DNA of 64,000 nt from an uncultured delta proteobacterium (GTDB taxonomy: Bacteria > Desulfobacterota > Binatia > Binatales > Binataceae), in assembly GCA_963724765.1 (NCBI GenBank), contig CAVRVY010000003.1, positions 896,001 to 960,000 of the forward strand. The letters are read 5' to 3'. A model generated the notes under the pieces. The model had not been told where the DNA came from, made no database searches, and saw only the letters and a program-made list of their open reading frames with translations. Below, one piece after another: positions 19,742-31,139 of the stretch; within the stretch, counting starts at the first letter, position 1, and each line of letters starts with the position of its first letter. Made by a program: the position numbers and the translations under genes.

Positions 19742-21658
19742 CTACATCGAGGTGTCGGACCCTTGCTCCCCGGCAACCTCGGGACGCACAAAGATCTGGC
19801 CGCGCGCACGCAGATCCTGAACAAAGTTCTCCCAGGCCTGGGCCTGGCGCTGTTTGAGTACCCGATCTTTGAACGCGGCCTTCGCCGCCTTCCATTGATC
19901 GTCAGTGGGCGGCGTGCGGCCGGTGACCTCGAAGACATAGGCGTTGCCGTCGAGGCTGAGCGGGTGGTTGATGACCGCCGGTGTACGGGGTAGCAAGGAT
20001 GCCGCCTGCACCGCCTCGTGGAACTCGCCGATGCCGGGGATCGAGCTATCGGCGCGCGAGAAATCGCCCGTGGTATGTACCGCGAGCTTGGCCGCGGCGG
20101 CCGCCGCGGCGAACCCGGCGGAATCCTTGACCTGCTTGAGGAAACCGGTGGCCTGCACCAGCGCCTTGGCCTCGGCCATCTGGCGCACCAGTGCGCCGCG
20201 AACTTTAGCCTCGACATCGGTAAGCTTGGGCAGATAACTCGGCTTGCGCTCGACCAGCTTCACGATGTACTGCGCGTCGTGGCCGTTGATGACACGCACG
20301 TCGTTGGGGTTGAGTTTGAAAGCCTCCTGCACCAGGGTTGGGTCGGTAACCTCGGGCGTGCGCTCGCCGGCGGCCAGCAGCGGAGTCTTCACGAGGTCGA
20401 GGCCGCGCTTATCCGCCAGTCGCTGGAGTTGTTTGCCGTCTAACGCCTCGCCGAGATCCTGGTCGATCGCCTGATGGGCCTGCTCGATGCCGGCACGATG
20501 GCGCAGCGCCTCGATGATCCGCGGGCGCGCCTCCTGCAACGTATCGACATGGGCGAGCTTATGATCCTCGACCTGGATGACGTGGTAGCCGAACTGGGTC
20601 TGGACCACCGTCATCTCGCCGGCCTTCATCCGGAAGGCCGCATCGGCAAACGGCTTCACCATCTCGGCCTGCCCGAAATAGCCAAGCTCACCTCCACTGT
20701 TTTTCGTCCCGGGGTCATCGGAGAACTGCTTGGCGAGTTTGGCGAAGTCACCCCCGGCCTTGATCTGTTTCAAGAGATCGTCGGCCTTGGCCTTGGCGGC
20801 GGCCTTTTGCGCGGGCGTGGCGTCAGGCGCCACCGCGATCAGAATGTGACGGGCGCGAACTTGTTCAGGATGGGTTAGGGCGGAGTCGCGCTGGCGATTG
20901 TAGTAATTCTGGATCTCCTTGTCGGAGGGATTGACCTTGACCGCGAGCCTGTCGGGGTCGTAGCGGATGAAGTCGAGCGAGATGCGTTCGGGCTCGCGGA
21001 ATTGTTCGCGATGGCTCTGGAAGAAGTCCGCGATTTGCTTATCAGTGGGGCTGATAGTCGATTCAAAGCTTTTGTAGGATATTTCGACGTAAGTCATCGC
21101 GAGCTTCAGGTTGAGCAAGTCGTAGATCTGGCGTAGTTCCGCATCGCTGATCTCGACCGTCTGGGTGACCATCCGCTGCATCAGTTGCTGGAGCATCTCG
21201 AGCCGCACTTCGGACTCGAAGTCTGCCGGCCGCATATTCTGGCTGCGCAGGGCCGTCTGATAGATAGCCACGTCGAAATGGCCGTCGACCTGGAAGGCGG
21301 TTTGCGCCTCGATCATCTGCTCCAAGGCGGCATCGCTTATCCTAAGTCCCAAACGATTGGCTTCATCGAGCACAAGTTGTTGATCGATGAGCTGCTCGAG
21401 GGCCTGCTCGCGGACGTTGTAACGCGCCATCGCCGCGGCGGCCTCGGGTCCATAGACCTGTTCCAGTCGCTGGCGTAACTGTTCGGTTTGCTGGTCAACG
21501 TCCTTGGCCAGGATTTGATGGCCGTTGACCGTGGCCATCGGCTTTATTCGGGTAAACATGCCGGTGCTGACACCCCAAAAGGCGAACACCCCAATGAGCA
21601 CGATGACAACCGCACGGGTCAGCCACGAGTACGCGTGCTTGCGCATCAGTTCGAGCAT
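19742..21658 (-). CDS. ppiD: Periplasmic chaperone/parvulin PPIase PpiD
   Basis: N-terminal TM, SurA-like domain, VRARHILI...FAKLAKQFSDDPG..GGELG. Confidence 0.9.
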   Translation of the reverse strand: MLELMRKHAYSWLTRAVVIVLIGVFAFWGVSTGMFTRIKPMATVNGHQILAKDVDQQTEQLRQRLEQVYGPEAAAAMARYNVREQALEQLIDQQLVLDEANRLGLRISDAALEQMIEAQTAFQVDGHFDVAIYQTALRSQNMRPADFESEVRLEMLQQLMQRMVTQTVEISDAELRQIYDLLNLKLAMTYVEISYKSFESTISPTDKQIADFFQSHREQFREPERISLDFIRYDPDRLAVKVNPSDKEIQNYYNRQRDSALTHPEQVRARHILIAVAPDATPAQKAAAKAKADDLLKQIKAGGDFAKLAKQFSDDPGTKNSGGELGYFGQAEMVKPFADAAFRMKAGEMTVVQTQFGYHVIQVEDHKLAHVDTLQEARPRIIEALRHRAGIEQAHQAIDQDLGEALDGKQLQRLADKRGLDLVKTPLLAAGERTPEVTDPTLVQEAFKLNPNDVRVINGHDAQYIVKLVERKPSYLPKLTDVEAKVRGALVRQMAEAKALVQATGFLKQVKDSAGFAAAAAAAKLAVHTTGDFSRADSSIPGIGEFHEAVQAASLLPRTPAVINHPLSLDGNAYVFEVTGRTPPTDDQWKAAKAAFKDRVLKQRQAQAWENFVQDLRARGQIFVRPEVAGEQGSDTSM

Positions 21659-21706
21659 GGTGCGTTCATCATATTTTGCGGCTTTTGATCGCGCAAATCG
21701 CGCTAG

Positions 21707-22885
<1,179 letters not shown>

Positions 22886-22931
22886 ATCATCCTGCCGATG
22901 ACGCCCTGAGGCATCGCCGAAGCACAAAGCG

Positions 22932-23783
22932 GTGAAAAACTACTTTCTGTGGCGTAATCGCGTTCCAATCACGGGCGCGGTTCTGCTGCTCATTTCCGCT
23001 CATTTTCTGTGGAGTGGAGTGCGCCCCGACCAGCGGGTCGCCAGGCCGCGCGGCCTGGTGATGGAGGGGTTGGCCCCGGTGCAGATTGCGGTCGCCCGCC
23101 TGGCCGACGGCGGGGCCGGCATCATTAACGACTACTTCGACCTGGTCGGCGTGCAGCGGGAGAACACGCGGCTGCGGGCCGAGCTCGCGCGCGAGGAAAC
23201 CCAACGCGCACGGCTGGCCGAGCTGGAGGCCGAGAACCTCCATCTGAGCGACATGCTCGAGCTCAAGCAAGCGCTGGCGCTGAAATCGGCGGCGGCCAAC
23301 GTGATCGGCGCCGACGCCTCGGGCCTCGCCCGCACACTGGTGTTGGAGGGCGGCTCCGATCAGAGTTTCGAGGCCGGGATGGCAGTGCTGTCGACCGAGG
23401 GTGTGGTCGGCAAGCTCATCGCGGTGGGTCCGAGTTCTTCGCGCGTGCTGCTGATCAACGACCATAACTCGGCGCTCGACGCCTTCGACCAGCGCTCGCG
23501 TGTGCGCGGCATCGTGGCCGGCGTGGTCGACGACGGTCTGGTGTTGAAATACGTCGACCGCTCGGAGGATGTGAAGAGCGGGGATACAGTAGTTACCTCG
23601 GGCCTGGACGGGATTTTCCCGCGCGGGCTGCTGGTGGGCGAAGTCACGTCGGTGGTGCGCGAGGGGCCCGGGTTGTTCCTGACCGTCAATGTCGCGCCGG
23701 CGGCCGACTTTCGCCGCCTCGAACAGGTGCTGGTCGTGACCCAGCGGATTCCCCAACCGCCACCGGCGGAGCCGAAGGGCTAA
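22932..23783 (+). CDS. mreC: Rod shape-determining protein MreC
   Basis: Coiled coil EN..L, VVTSGLDGIFPRG; operon context. Confidence 0.93.
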   Translation: MKNYFLWRNRVPITGAVLLLISAHFLWSGVRPDQRVARPRGLVMEGLAPVQIAVARLADGGAGIINDYFDLVGVQRENTRLRAELAREETQRARLAELEAENLHLSDMLELKQALALKSAAANVIGADASGLARTLVLEGGSDQSFEAGMAVLSTEGVVGKLIAVGPSSSRVLLINDHNSALDAFDQRSRVRGIVAGVVDDGLVLKYVDRSEDVKSGDTVVTSGLDGIFPRGLLVGEVTSVVREGPGLFLTVNVAPAADFRRLEQVLVVTQRIPQPPPAEPKG

Positions 23784-23790
23784 GAGGTTC

Positions 23791-24318
23791 GTGCGCTTGG
23801 TCGCGTTGTTCGCCGTTTTAACCCTGATTGCCCTGGCGATTCAGACCACGGCCTCGCGCTGGCTGCCACTGGGTGCGCTGGTTCCCGACCTGGTGCTGGT
23901 GCTGGCGGTCGATCTTGGATTGCGGCATCGGCGCGCGCTTGCGCCTATAATGGCGTTCGCGATGGGCTACGCGATGGACTCTTTTTCCGGCTCGCAGCTC
24001 GGGGTCAACACCTTTGCCGTGACCCTGACTTACCTGCTCGCATATGAAGTCGGGGCTCATACCTCCGCCACCGGGCTGGAGGCCGGCGCTGTGCTGGCTT
24101 TCGTTGCGGTATTGATCCAGAGCCTGGGTGGCTTTCTCCTGAGCACGCAGTTTCGCGCCCCCGACCAGCTCTGGTCGCTGTTGCCGGCCGCGCTGTTGCA
24201 GGCGACGGTGACCGCGGTCATCGCGCCGCCGATATTCGGATTGACCGCGGCCCTCAGGCGAATGTTGGGGCTGAGCCAGGAACGCCGCACGCGCGGCTGG
24301 GTCTCGCGAGGAGCCTGA
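23791..24318 (+). CDS. mreD: Rod shape-determining protein MreD
   Basis: Hydrophobic, PDLVL motif; between mreC and mrdA. Confidence 0.88.
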   Translation: MRLVALFAVLTLIALAIQTTASRWLPLGALVPDLVLVLAVDLGLRHRRALAPIMAFAMGYAMDSFSGSQLGVNTFAVTLTYLLAYEVGAHTSATGLEAGAVLAFVAVLIQSLGGFLLSTQFRAPDQLWSLLPAALLQATVTAVIAPPIFGLTAALRRMLGLSQERRTRGWVSRGA

Positions 24319-24320
24319 AC

Positions 24321-26264
24321 GTGGCGCGCTGGCGTTATTACAACAGCAGCAAACAGTCGCGCGCGATTCCCCGCATCGAGCCGCGCCTCGCCATTCTTTC
24401 CGTACTGATCGCCATGGTATTGGCCGTGGTCACGGTGCGCCTCTACTACCTGCAGATCATCCGGCACAAGGAATTCGTCGAACTCGCCGACCGCAACCGC
24501 ATCCGCATTCATCGCCAGCCGGCGCTGCGCGGCCTGGTCTTCGACGTTCATCATCGCCCGCTGGTCGACACCCGGCCGTCATTCGACGCGGTGATGGTGC
24601 CCGAGGACGTGCGCAACATTAAACAGACGGTCGTACGCCTGGAGGACCTTCTCGGCCAGGACAACGTCGCCGCCAAGCTGAGCGAGGCCGAGGATGAGGG
24701 ACGGCCGCCGTTTGACCCGGTCACGGTCGAGGAACACCTGGGCTGGCAACAGGTGGTCTCGCTGGAGACCCATCAGCTCCAGCTACCGGGCGTCAGTCTC
24801 GAGGTGATGCCGCAGCGCCATTACATCTACGGATCGCTGGCGGCGCATCTGCTCGGCTACGTGGGCGAGGTCGCCGAGGGCGATCTGCGCCACGCCAATG
24901 ACTATCGGATGGGCGACGAGATCGGAAAATTCGGGCTGGAGCGCGTGTTCGAGAGCCAATTGCGCGGCCAGGCCGGAGGCCAGGAGATCGAGGTCGATTC
25001 GGTCGGCCGCAGGCTCAAGCTGCTCCGCGAGATTCCCGAGATTCCTGGCCAGAGCGTGGTGCTCAGCCTCGACCTCGACCTCCAGCAGGCGGCCGAAAAG
25101 GCGATGGGTAACTGGTCCGGCGCGCTGGTCGCGATCGATCCCAATACCGGCTACATCCTCGCGATGGTCTCGCATCCGACCTTCGACCCCAACATCTTCG
25201 CCAACGGCATCACCTCGGTGCAGTGGCACGGGCTGACCACCGACCCCGCGCATCCGCTGGCCAACCGCGCCATCGCAGGCACCTATCCGCCGGGCTCGAC
25301 CTTCAAGCTGATCGACGCGATCGCCGGGCTGGAAGACCGCACGCTCACTCCTGAAACCACCTACTTCTGCCCCGGCGGGCTGTACTACGGCAATCGCGAA
25401 TATCATTGCTGGCGCAAGCAGGGCCACGGCACGCTCTCGGTGCATCGCGCGATCGTCGGCTCGTGCGACGTCTTCTTCTACCAGGTCGGCATCCATCTCG
25501 GCATCGATCGCCTGTCGCAGTGGGCGCACATGCTCGGCCTGGGCGAGAAGAGCGGGATCGATCTCGAGAACGAACGGCCGGGCGTGATGCCCTCGTCGCT
25601 CTGGAAGGAGAAGCGCTTCCATCAGCGATGGTACCCGGCGGAGACGCTGTCGGTCGCGATCGGACAGGGCTACGTCGCGGCGACCCCGCTGCAGATGGCG
25701 ATGGTCGCGGCCGAGATCGCCAACGGTGGCACCCGCTACAAGCCGCAGTTCGTCAAAGAGGAAGAAGCGCTCGACGGCTCCGTGGTCAAGCGATTTCCGC
25801 CGATCGTCGAACGCCGCATCCCGTTCGACCCGGTCGTGCTCGACGTCGTGCGCAGCGCCATGTGCGACGTGGTCAACGGCGCGGGCGGCACCGGCCATGC
25901 GGCCCACCTCGACAACATCACCGTGTGCGGCAAGACCGGCACTTCGCAGGTGGTGAAGGAAGCCGGCAACGCGCGCATCCCGGAGGACAAGGAACCGCTG
26001 AAATACCGCGACCACGGATGGTTCGTGGCGTACGCGCCGAGCGACCATCCGCAAATCGCCATCGCCGCCGTGACCGAGCACGGCGGGCACGGCGGAAGTT
26101 CGGCCGGGCCGGTCGTGCACGACGTGCTGCAGAAGTTCTTCGAGCTCTATCCGCCGCCAGGCAGCAAGCCGGCCGTGCTGGGAACCGGTGCGCCGCAGGC
26201 GGCCCCGCCGAGCCCGGCTCCCGTAAGCCCGCCCGAGGGCTCGGTCGCCGAGCGCGGCGACTGA
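24321..26264 (+). CDS. mrdA: Penicillin-binding protein 2
   Basis: PGSTFK (SxxK), SCD, KTGT. Confidence 0.95.
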   Translation: MARWRYYNSSKQSRAIPRIEPRLAILSVLIAMVLAVVTVRLYYLQIIRHKEFVELADRNRIRIHRQPALRGLVFDVHHRPLVDTRPSFDAVMVPEDVRNIKQTVVRLEDLLGQDNVAAKLSEAEDEGRPPFDPVTVEEHLGWQQVVSLETHQLQLPGVSLEVMPQRHYIYGSLAAHLLGYVGEVAEGDLRHANDYRMGDEIGKFGLERVFESQLRGQAGGQEIEVDSVGRRLKLLREIPEIPGQSVVLSLDLDLQQAAEKAMGNWSGALVAIDPNTGYILAMVSHPTFDPNIFANGITSVQWHGLTTDPAHPLANRAIAGTYPPGSTFKLIDAIAGLEDRTLTPETTYFCPGGLYYGNREYHCWRKQGHGTLSVHRAIVGSCDVFFYQVGIHLGIDRLSQWAHMLGLGEKSGIDLENERPGVMPSSLWKEKRFHQRWYPAETLSVAIGQGYVAATPLQMAMVAAEIANGGTRYKPQFVKEEEALDGSVVKRFPPIVERRIPFDPVVLDVVRSAMCDVVNGAGGTGHAAHLDNITVCGKTGTSQVVKEAGNARIPEDKEPLKYRDHGWFVAYAPSDHPQIAIAAVTEHGGHGGSSAGPVVHDVLQKFFELYPPPGSKPAVLGTGAPQAAPPSPAPVSPPEGSVAERGD

Positions 26265-26275
26265 GCGGCATCGCG

Positions 26276-27379
26276 ATGGCGCTGGACCGGCGGCTCGTTT
26301 ATCACTTCGACTGGACCCTGTTCATGATGACGCTTGGGCTGGCGGGCGTCGGCCTGTTGAGCGTGCTGAGCGCGTCGTGGGGCGGTCCCAAGCATGTGCT
26401 TGACCCTCTGGTGGTGCGTCAGTTGGTCTGGATCGGGGTGGGCACGGCGCTGATGGCGGCGGCGGCGTTTTTTGATTACCGCGCGCTCGCGACCTACGCC
26501 TACCCGCTCTATGCGATGACGGTCGGGCTGCTGGCCGCGGTGATGGTGGCAGGGCACGTGACCGGCGGCTCGCGCCGCTGGCTCAATCTCGGTGTGCTCC
26601 GGCTGGAGCCGTCGGAACTGGCCAAGCTCGCGCTGGTGCTGGTGATGGTGCGTTACCTGCGCGAGGAACCACCGCGCGGCGGATGGAGCTTTCGTCAGAT
26701 GATCATCCCGGCGGTGCTGCTGGGCGTGCCGATGGCGTTGGTGCTAAAGCAGCCCGACCTCGGCACCGGGATCATCCTGGCCATGGTGACCGCGACGCTG
26801 GTGTTCGCCGGCGGACTCAACGGACGCGTGCTGCTGATCGCGATGTTGGCGGCGGCGCTGGCCGCTCCCGCCGGTTGGCATTACCTCAAGCCCTACCAGA
26901 AGCAGCGTCTGGTGAGTTTCATCAATCCGGAATCCGACCCGCTCGGCGCCGGCTACCATGTCATCCAGTCCGAAATCGCGATTGGCGCGGGCGGCGCGTG
27001 GGGCAAGGGTTTTCTTAAGGGCACCCAGGCGCGGCTGAATTTTCTTCCCGAGCAGACCACCGACTTCATCTTTTCGGTTTTTGCCGAGGAGTTCGGCTTC
27101 GCGGGATCGATCCTGCTGATGGCGCTGTATGCGGGAGTGATCGCGCGCGGGCTCTGGATCGCGCGCCACGCTCGCGACCGCTTCGGCCAACTGCTCGCGG
27201 TGGGACTTACCGCAATCGTGTTCTGGCAGGTCGCAATCAACATCGGGATGGCGAGCGGGGTGCTACCGGTGGTAGGAATCCCGCTGCCGCTGGTGAGCTA
27301 TGGAGGTTCGTCGCTGATCGCGATGATGGCGGCGATGGGCGTGATGATCAGCATCAACACCCGCCGCTACCTCTTCTAA
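26276..27379 (+). CDS. rodA: SEDS peptidoglycan polymerase RodA
   Basis: PSELAK, KQPDLGT, LPEQTTDFIF, SYGGSS; start ATG 26276. Confidence 0.95.
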   Translation: MALDRRLVYHFDWTLFMMTLGLAGVGLLSVLSASWGGPKHVLDPLVVRQLVWIGVGTALMAAAAFFDYRALATYAYPLYAMTVGLLAAVMVAGHVTGGSRRWLNLGVLRLEPSELAKLALVLVMVRYLREEPPRGGWSFRQMIIPAVLLGVPMALVLKQPDLGTGIILAMVTATLVFAGGLNGRVLLIAMLAAALAAPAGWHYLKPYQKQRLVSFINPESDPLGAGYHVIQSEIAIGAGGAWGKGFLKGTQARLNFLPEQTTDFIFSVFAEEFGFAGSILLMALYAGVIARGLWIARHARDRFGQLLAVGLTAIVFWQVAINIGMASGVLPVVGIPLPLVSYGGSSLIAMMAAMGVMISINTRRYLF

Positions 27380-27380
27380 G

Positions 27381-27614
27381 ATGAAGGCGCTGGGACTGAT
27401 GGCGCGCGTGGTCGTGGCAGTGCTGCTCGCGGTGGCACTCACGGCGGCGACGACCAAGGGATGCAACCTGGTCTCCGCGCCTAACTCGTCGCGCGTGCTG
27501 CTCGGGCTGGTGATCCTCGCGGTCTCATGGGCGATCGCGATCGCCTACATCACCTGGCTCTATATCGTGATCGCAAGTTGGGCCAATCGGATGAAATGGG
27601 AGAGGCTTAAATGA
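27381..27614 (+). CDS. Small two-TM hypothetical protein
   Basis: Starts 1 bp after rodA; overlaps the next gene by ATGA-type coupling. Confidence 0.55.
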   Translation: MKALGLMARVVVAVLLAVALTAATTKGCNLVSAPNSSRVLLGLVILAVSWAIAIAYITWLYIVIASWANRMKWERLK

Positions 27615-28501
27615 AGCTGAGGCGCGCGACCCTTTTTGTCCTGTGCGCCGCCGCTCTGGCCGCGGCGGGATGCACCAAGGTCGAACCGGGCTACGCCGGC
27701 ATTCGGGTCAATCTCTACGGCAGCCAGCGCGGCGTCAGCAGCCTGCCGCTGGTGACCGGCCGCGTCTGGTACAACCCGCTGACCGAGGAAATCTACCAGT
27801 TCCCGACTTACATGCAGAACGTGGTGTGGACCCGCACCGCCAGCGAAGGGCGCCCATTTGACGAGAGCTTCACCGCCAACTCGCGCGAGGGCGTGCCGTT
27901 CAACTTCGACGTCGGCGTAAGCTACCAGATCGAAGCCGACAAGGTGCCGTCGATCTTTCTCAAGTTCCGCGAGGACGCCCACACTCTTACCACCGTCTAC
28001 ATCCGTAACCAGGTGCGCGACGCCTTCAGCATCGAGGCAAGCAAGATGGCGATCATGGACATCGTCGGTCCCGGCAAGCCGCATCTGCTCAACGCCGTGC
28101 AGCACGATCTCGAAGCCAAGCTCGGCCCCGACGGCATCCACTTCGACAACGTATCGATCATCGGCAAGACCCGCCTGCCCGAACAAGTCGAATCGTCGAT
28201 CAACTCCGTGATTGAGGCCACTCAGCGCGCGCAGGAGGCGCAGAACAAGGTCGCCCAGAGCAGGGCCGAAGCCGAACAGCGCGTCGCCGAGGCCAACGGT
28301 ATCGCCCAGTCGGTGCTGATCAAGGCCAAGGCGCAGGCCGATGCGAATCGCATCCTGAACGAATCGCTGACCCCGATGCTCATCCAGTACGAGGGCCTGC
28401 AGCGATGGAACGGGACACTGCCGCTGATGACCGGCGGCGCAATTCCGATGGTTCAGTTGCCGGCCTTCAATACGACCAAGGAGCCGTCAGGATCACAATG
28501 A
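27611..28501 (+). CDS. SPFH/band-7 (prohibitin-like) lipoprotein
   Basis: LAAAGC lipobox, VEPGYAGI, AEAE/AKAQA coiled coil, RWNGTLP. Confidence 0.88.
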   Translation: MKLRRATLFVLCAAALAAAGCTKVEPGYAGIRVNLYGSQRGVSSLPLVTGRVWYNPLTEEIYQFPTYMQNVVWTRTASEGRPFDESFTANSREGVPFNFDVGVSYQIEADKVPSIFLKFREDAHTLTTVYIRNQVRDAFSIEASKMAIMDIVGPGKPHLLNAVQHDLEAKLGPDGIHFDNVSIIGKTRLPEQVESSINSVIEATQRAQEAQNKVAQSRAEAEQRVAEANGIAQSVLIKAKAQADANRILNESLTPMLIQYEGLQRWNGTLPLMTGGAIPMVQLPAFNTTKEPSGSQ

Positions 28502-28603
28502 GCGCGCTCTCGGAGCACAGAGCCGCCGGGCTTCTCTTGCAAATGGTGGAGTAGTATTCGGGCGTTATTGCTTCGTCCGGCAAACTATCGAGCAAATACC
28601 TCA

Positions 28604-30673
28604 ATGGCGGCTCCCCCTGAGACGAATGCGGCGGCTCCCAAGCGCGAGCTGGCTGCGATCATGTTCAGTGACATCGCGGGCTACACCGCGATGATGGGGC
28701 GCGACGAGCAGGAGGGGCTGGAAGCGCGCAACAGCCATCGCGAACTGCTGCGCACCATCTTGCCGAGGTTCAATGGACGCCTGTTGGGTGACTTGGGCGA
28801 CGGCGCGCTTTCGAGTTTCCACAGCGCGGTCGATGCGGTCAATTGCGCGCTTGCGTTCCAAGCCGCAAGTGGAAACAACCCTCAGTTCAAAATTCGTGTC
28901 GGAATACACGTCGGCGATGTGTTGTTCTCGGACAACACCGTACTTGGGGATGGCGTAAATGTCGCGTCGCGAATTGTTGCGCTGGCTGATCCCGGCAGAA
29001 TCTGCATCTCGGAAAGAGTTTACGAGGAGATCCGCAATCAGCGTGGAATGGCCGTCAAGAGCTTGGGCCAGAAGCAGCTCAAGAATGTAAGCCGGCCGAT
29101 CGGCGTGTACGTTCTCGCGGAGAGTCCGGATTCCTCCGCTGCCGCAGAGTATTCAGCCCGGACGGGCGGCACGAAAAACCGCGTCGCGCTGGCGGGCGTC
29201 GGAGCGATTGGCATTGCGGTGCTCGCCTATGTCGCGGTGACTCGGCATGCTCCCGCGCCGAACCCCGTAATTACCAATAGTCCTCACGTCATCCGATCGA
29301 TTGCCGTGCTTCCGCTCGATAATTACTCGGGCGATCCGAAGCAGGAATATTTCGCCGACGGGATGACCGATGAATTGACGACCGACCTTGCTACCATCAG
29401 CCAGCTTCGCGTGATCTCGCGCGGCTCAGTAATGCAGTTCAAGGGGGAGCATCGGCCGCCGACTCCGCAGATCGCCAGGATGCTCAACGTCGATGCGGTC
29501 GTGGAAGGTTCGGTGCTTCGAGTCGGCGACAAAGTGCGGATCACCGCCCAACTAATCGACGCGCCGGCGGACAAGCATCTGTGGGCCAAGAGTTTCGAGG
29601 GCGGCTCGCGCGATGTGCTCGCGCTCCAGGACGAATTGGCATCGGCGATCGCAAAAGAGATCAACGTTCAACTGACACCCAACGAGCAGGCGCGGCTGAC
29701 TAGCGCCCCCAGCGTGAATCCCGCGGCGCACGACGCTTACTTGAAGGGCCGCTACTTCATTAACCGCCCGAGTGACGAAAATCTCAAGAAGGCGATCGCG
29801 CAATTCCAAGAGGCGGTCAAATTGGATCCGAACTTTGCGCCCGCGTACTCAGGACTGTCTGATGCCTATCTATGGGCCGGCTTCAACGAAGGAGTCTTTA
29901 CCGCCGCGGAAGCGATGCCCAAGGCCAAGGCGACGGCAGAGAAAGCTGTCCAACTGGACGATAATTCGGCCGAGTCTCACACCTCGCTCGCCGTATTCAA
30001 ACTTTTCTACGAATTTGATTGGGCAGGCTGCGAGACCGAATTTCACCGCGCCTTCGCACTCAATCCAAACTATGCGTTCGCTCATGATCAGTTCGGTGTA
30101 GGGCTTGCCCTCCAGGGCCGGCTCGACGAATCGTTGGCCGAAGGCAAGCGCGCGATCGAACTAGACCCCCTGTCTCCCGAAATCACGCTTGACGCCGCCT
30201 CTGCGCTTGCCTGGCAAGGCAATTACGAAGCGGCCAAACAGCAGGCTCGCAAGGCCGGCGACCTGGATCCGACATTCTTCGCTCCTGATTTTATGGCCGG
30301 GTGGGTCGACATCGAAGCAGGAAAAATCAGCGACGCCATCCCGGAACTGCAGAAGGCCAACGCGATGGATTCTCCAGCGGAGGTTGCTGCGTGGCTCGGA
30401 TACGCCTATGGGGCGTCGGGCGATCGCACCCACGCGATGGCGGAGATCGAAGAGCTGAACAAGAGGTCATTGCATGGGTACGTTCAGCCGTTTCACCTGG
30501 CGATCATTTATCTGGGTTTGGGTGATCGCGCGCGCGCGTTGGATGGCCTGGAAAAAGCCTACGCAGCCCATTCGCAATCGATGGGCTGGCTTAAGATGGA
30601 CAGGATTTTCGATCCGCTGCGCGCGCAGCCGCGCTTCATCGCGTTGATGAAGAAGCTGAACTTCCAAAAGTGA
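28604..30673 (+). CDS. Adenylate/guanylate cyclase-TM-TolB-like-TPR protein
   Basis: MFSDIAGYT, GDG, RVGIHVGDV, GDGVNVASR, SIAVLPL..QEYFADGMTDEL, TPR repeats. Confidence 0.92.
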   Translation: MAAPPETNAAAPKRELAAIMFSDIAGYTAMMGRDEQEGLEARNSHRELLRTILPRFNGRLLGDLGDGALSSFHSAVDAVNCALAFQAASGNNPQFKIRVGIHVGDVLFSDNTVLGDGVNVASRIVALADPGRICISERVYEEIRNQRGMAVKSLGQKQLKNVSRPIGVYVLAESPDSSAAAEYSARTGGTKNRVALAGVGAIGIAVLAYVAVTRHAPAPNPVITNSPHVIRSIAVLPLDNYSGDPKQEYFADGMTDELTTDLATISQLRVISRGSVMQFKGEHRPPTPQIARMLNVDAVVEGSVLRVGDKVRITAQLIDAPADKHLWAKSFEGGSRDVLALQDELASAIAKEINVQLTPNEQARLTSAPSVNPAAHDAYLKGRYFINRPSDENLKKAIAQFQEAVKLDPNFAPAYSGLSDAYLWAGFNEGVFTAAEAMPKAKATAEKAVQLDDNSAESHTSLAVFKLFYEFDWAGCETEFHRAFALNPNYAFAHDQFGVGLALQGRLDESLAEGKRAIELDPLSPEITLDAASALAWQGNYEAAKQQARKAGDLDPTFFAPDFMAGWVDIEAGKISDAIPELQKANAMDSPAEVAAWLGYAYGASGDRTHAMAEIEELNKRSLHGYVQPFHLAIIYLGLGDRARALDGLEKAYAAHSQSMGWLKMDRIFDPLRAQPRFIALMKKLNFQK

Positions 30674-30813
30674 CCGGGGACTTGATCTGCTGGTCCGGGC
30701 GCGCTCGATCGGCCGCATGGCGGCGAGCGCCGGTTCGCCGCCTCACGCGCGAGGCTGATATACTTTTGCGCCGGCGCGCGCGGCGCGCCCAATCCATACC
30801 GGGTGCATCAACG

Positions 30814-31080
30814 ATGGCTACCAAGGGCAGCAAATTCGACCAGCCCAATCCGTTTACGGACCTCGTCGACCGCGAAATCTACGAGGTCCATCGCCGCTTC
30901 GTCGAGGTGATGGAGGCCGACCGTCTTGCCACCATCAGCGCCGGGACTAAGGAGCAATACCTGCGCATCATGCAGTCGCTCGCCGAGAAACTCGCCGTGC
31001 CGAGCAAGCCGCTCTCGGAAATCGTCGGCGAGGTCATGTCGGAGGCGGCGCCGTTGCTGTTCGCGGCGATGCAGCGCTAA
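30814..31080 (+). CDS. Hypothetical protein
   Basis: 88-aa ORF with host-like codon usage. Confidence 0.7.
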   Translation: MATKGSKFDQPNPFTDLVDREIYEVHRRFVEVMEADRLATISAGTKEQYLRIMQSLAEKLAVPSKPLSEIVGEVMSEAAPLLFAAMQR

Positions 31081-31139
31081 AGCCCGTGCGCGACAGCGCA
31101 CACCAGCCTCGGCGATTTCCTCAGCGAATTTGACTCGGC

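Noticed and set aside
25406-26275. Long N-terminal extension of RodA
   Set aside because: Off-frame overlap with mrdA in GC-rich DNA; the real start is ATG 26276
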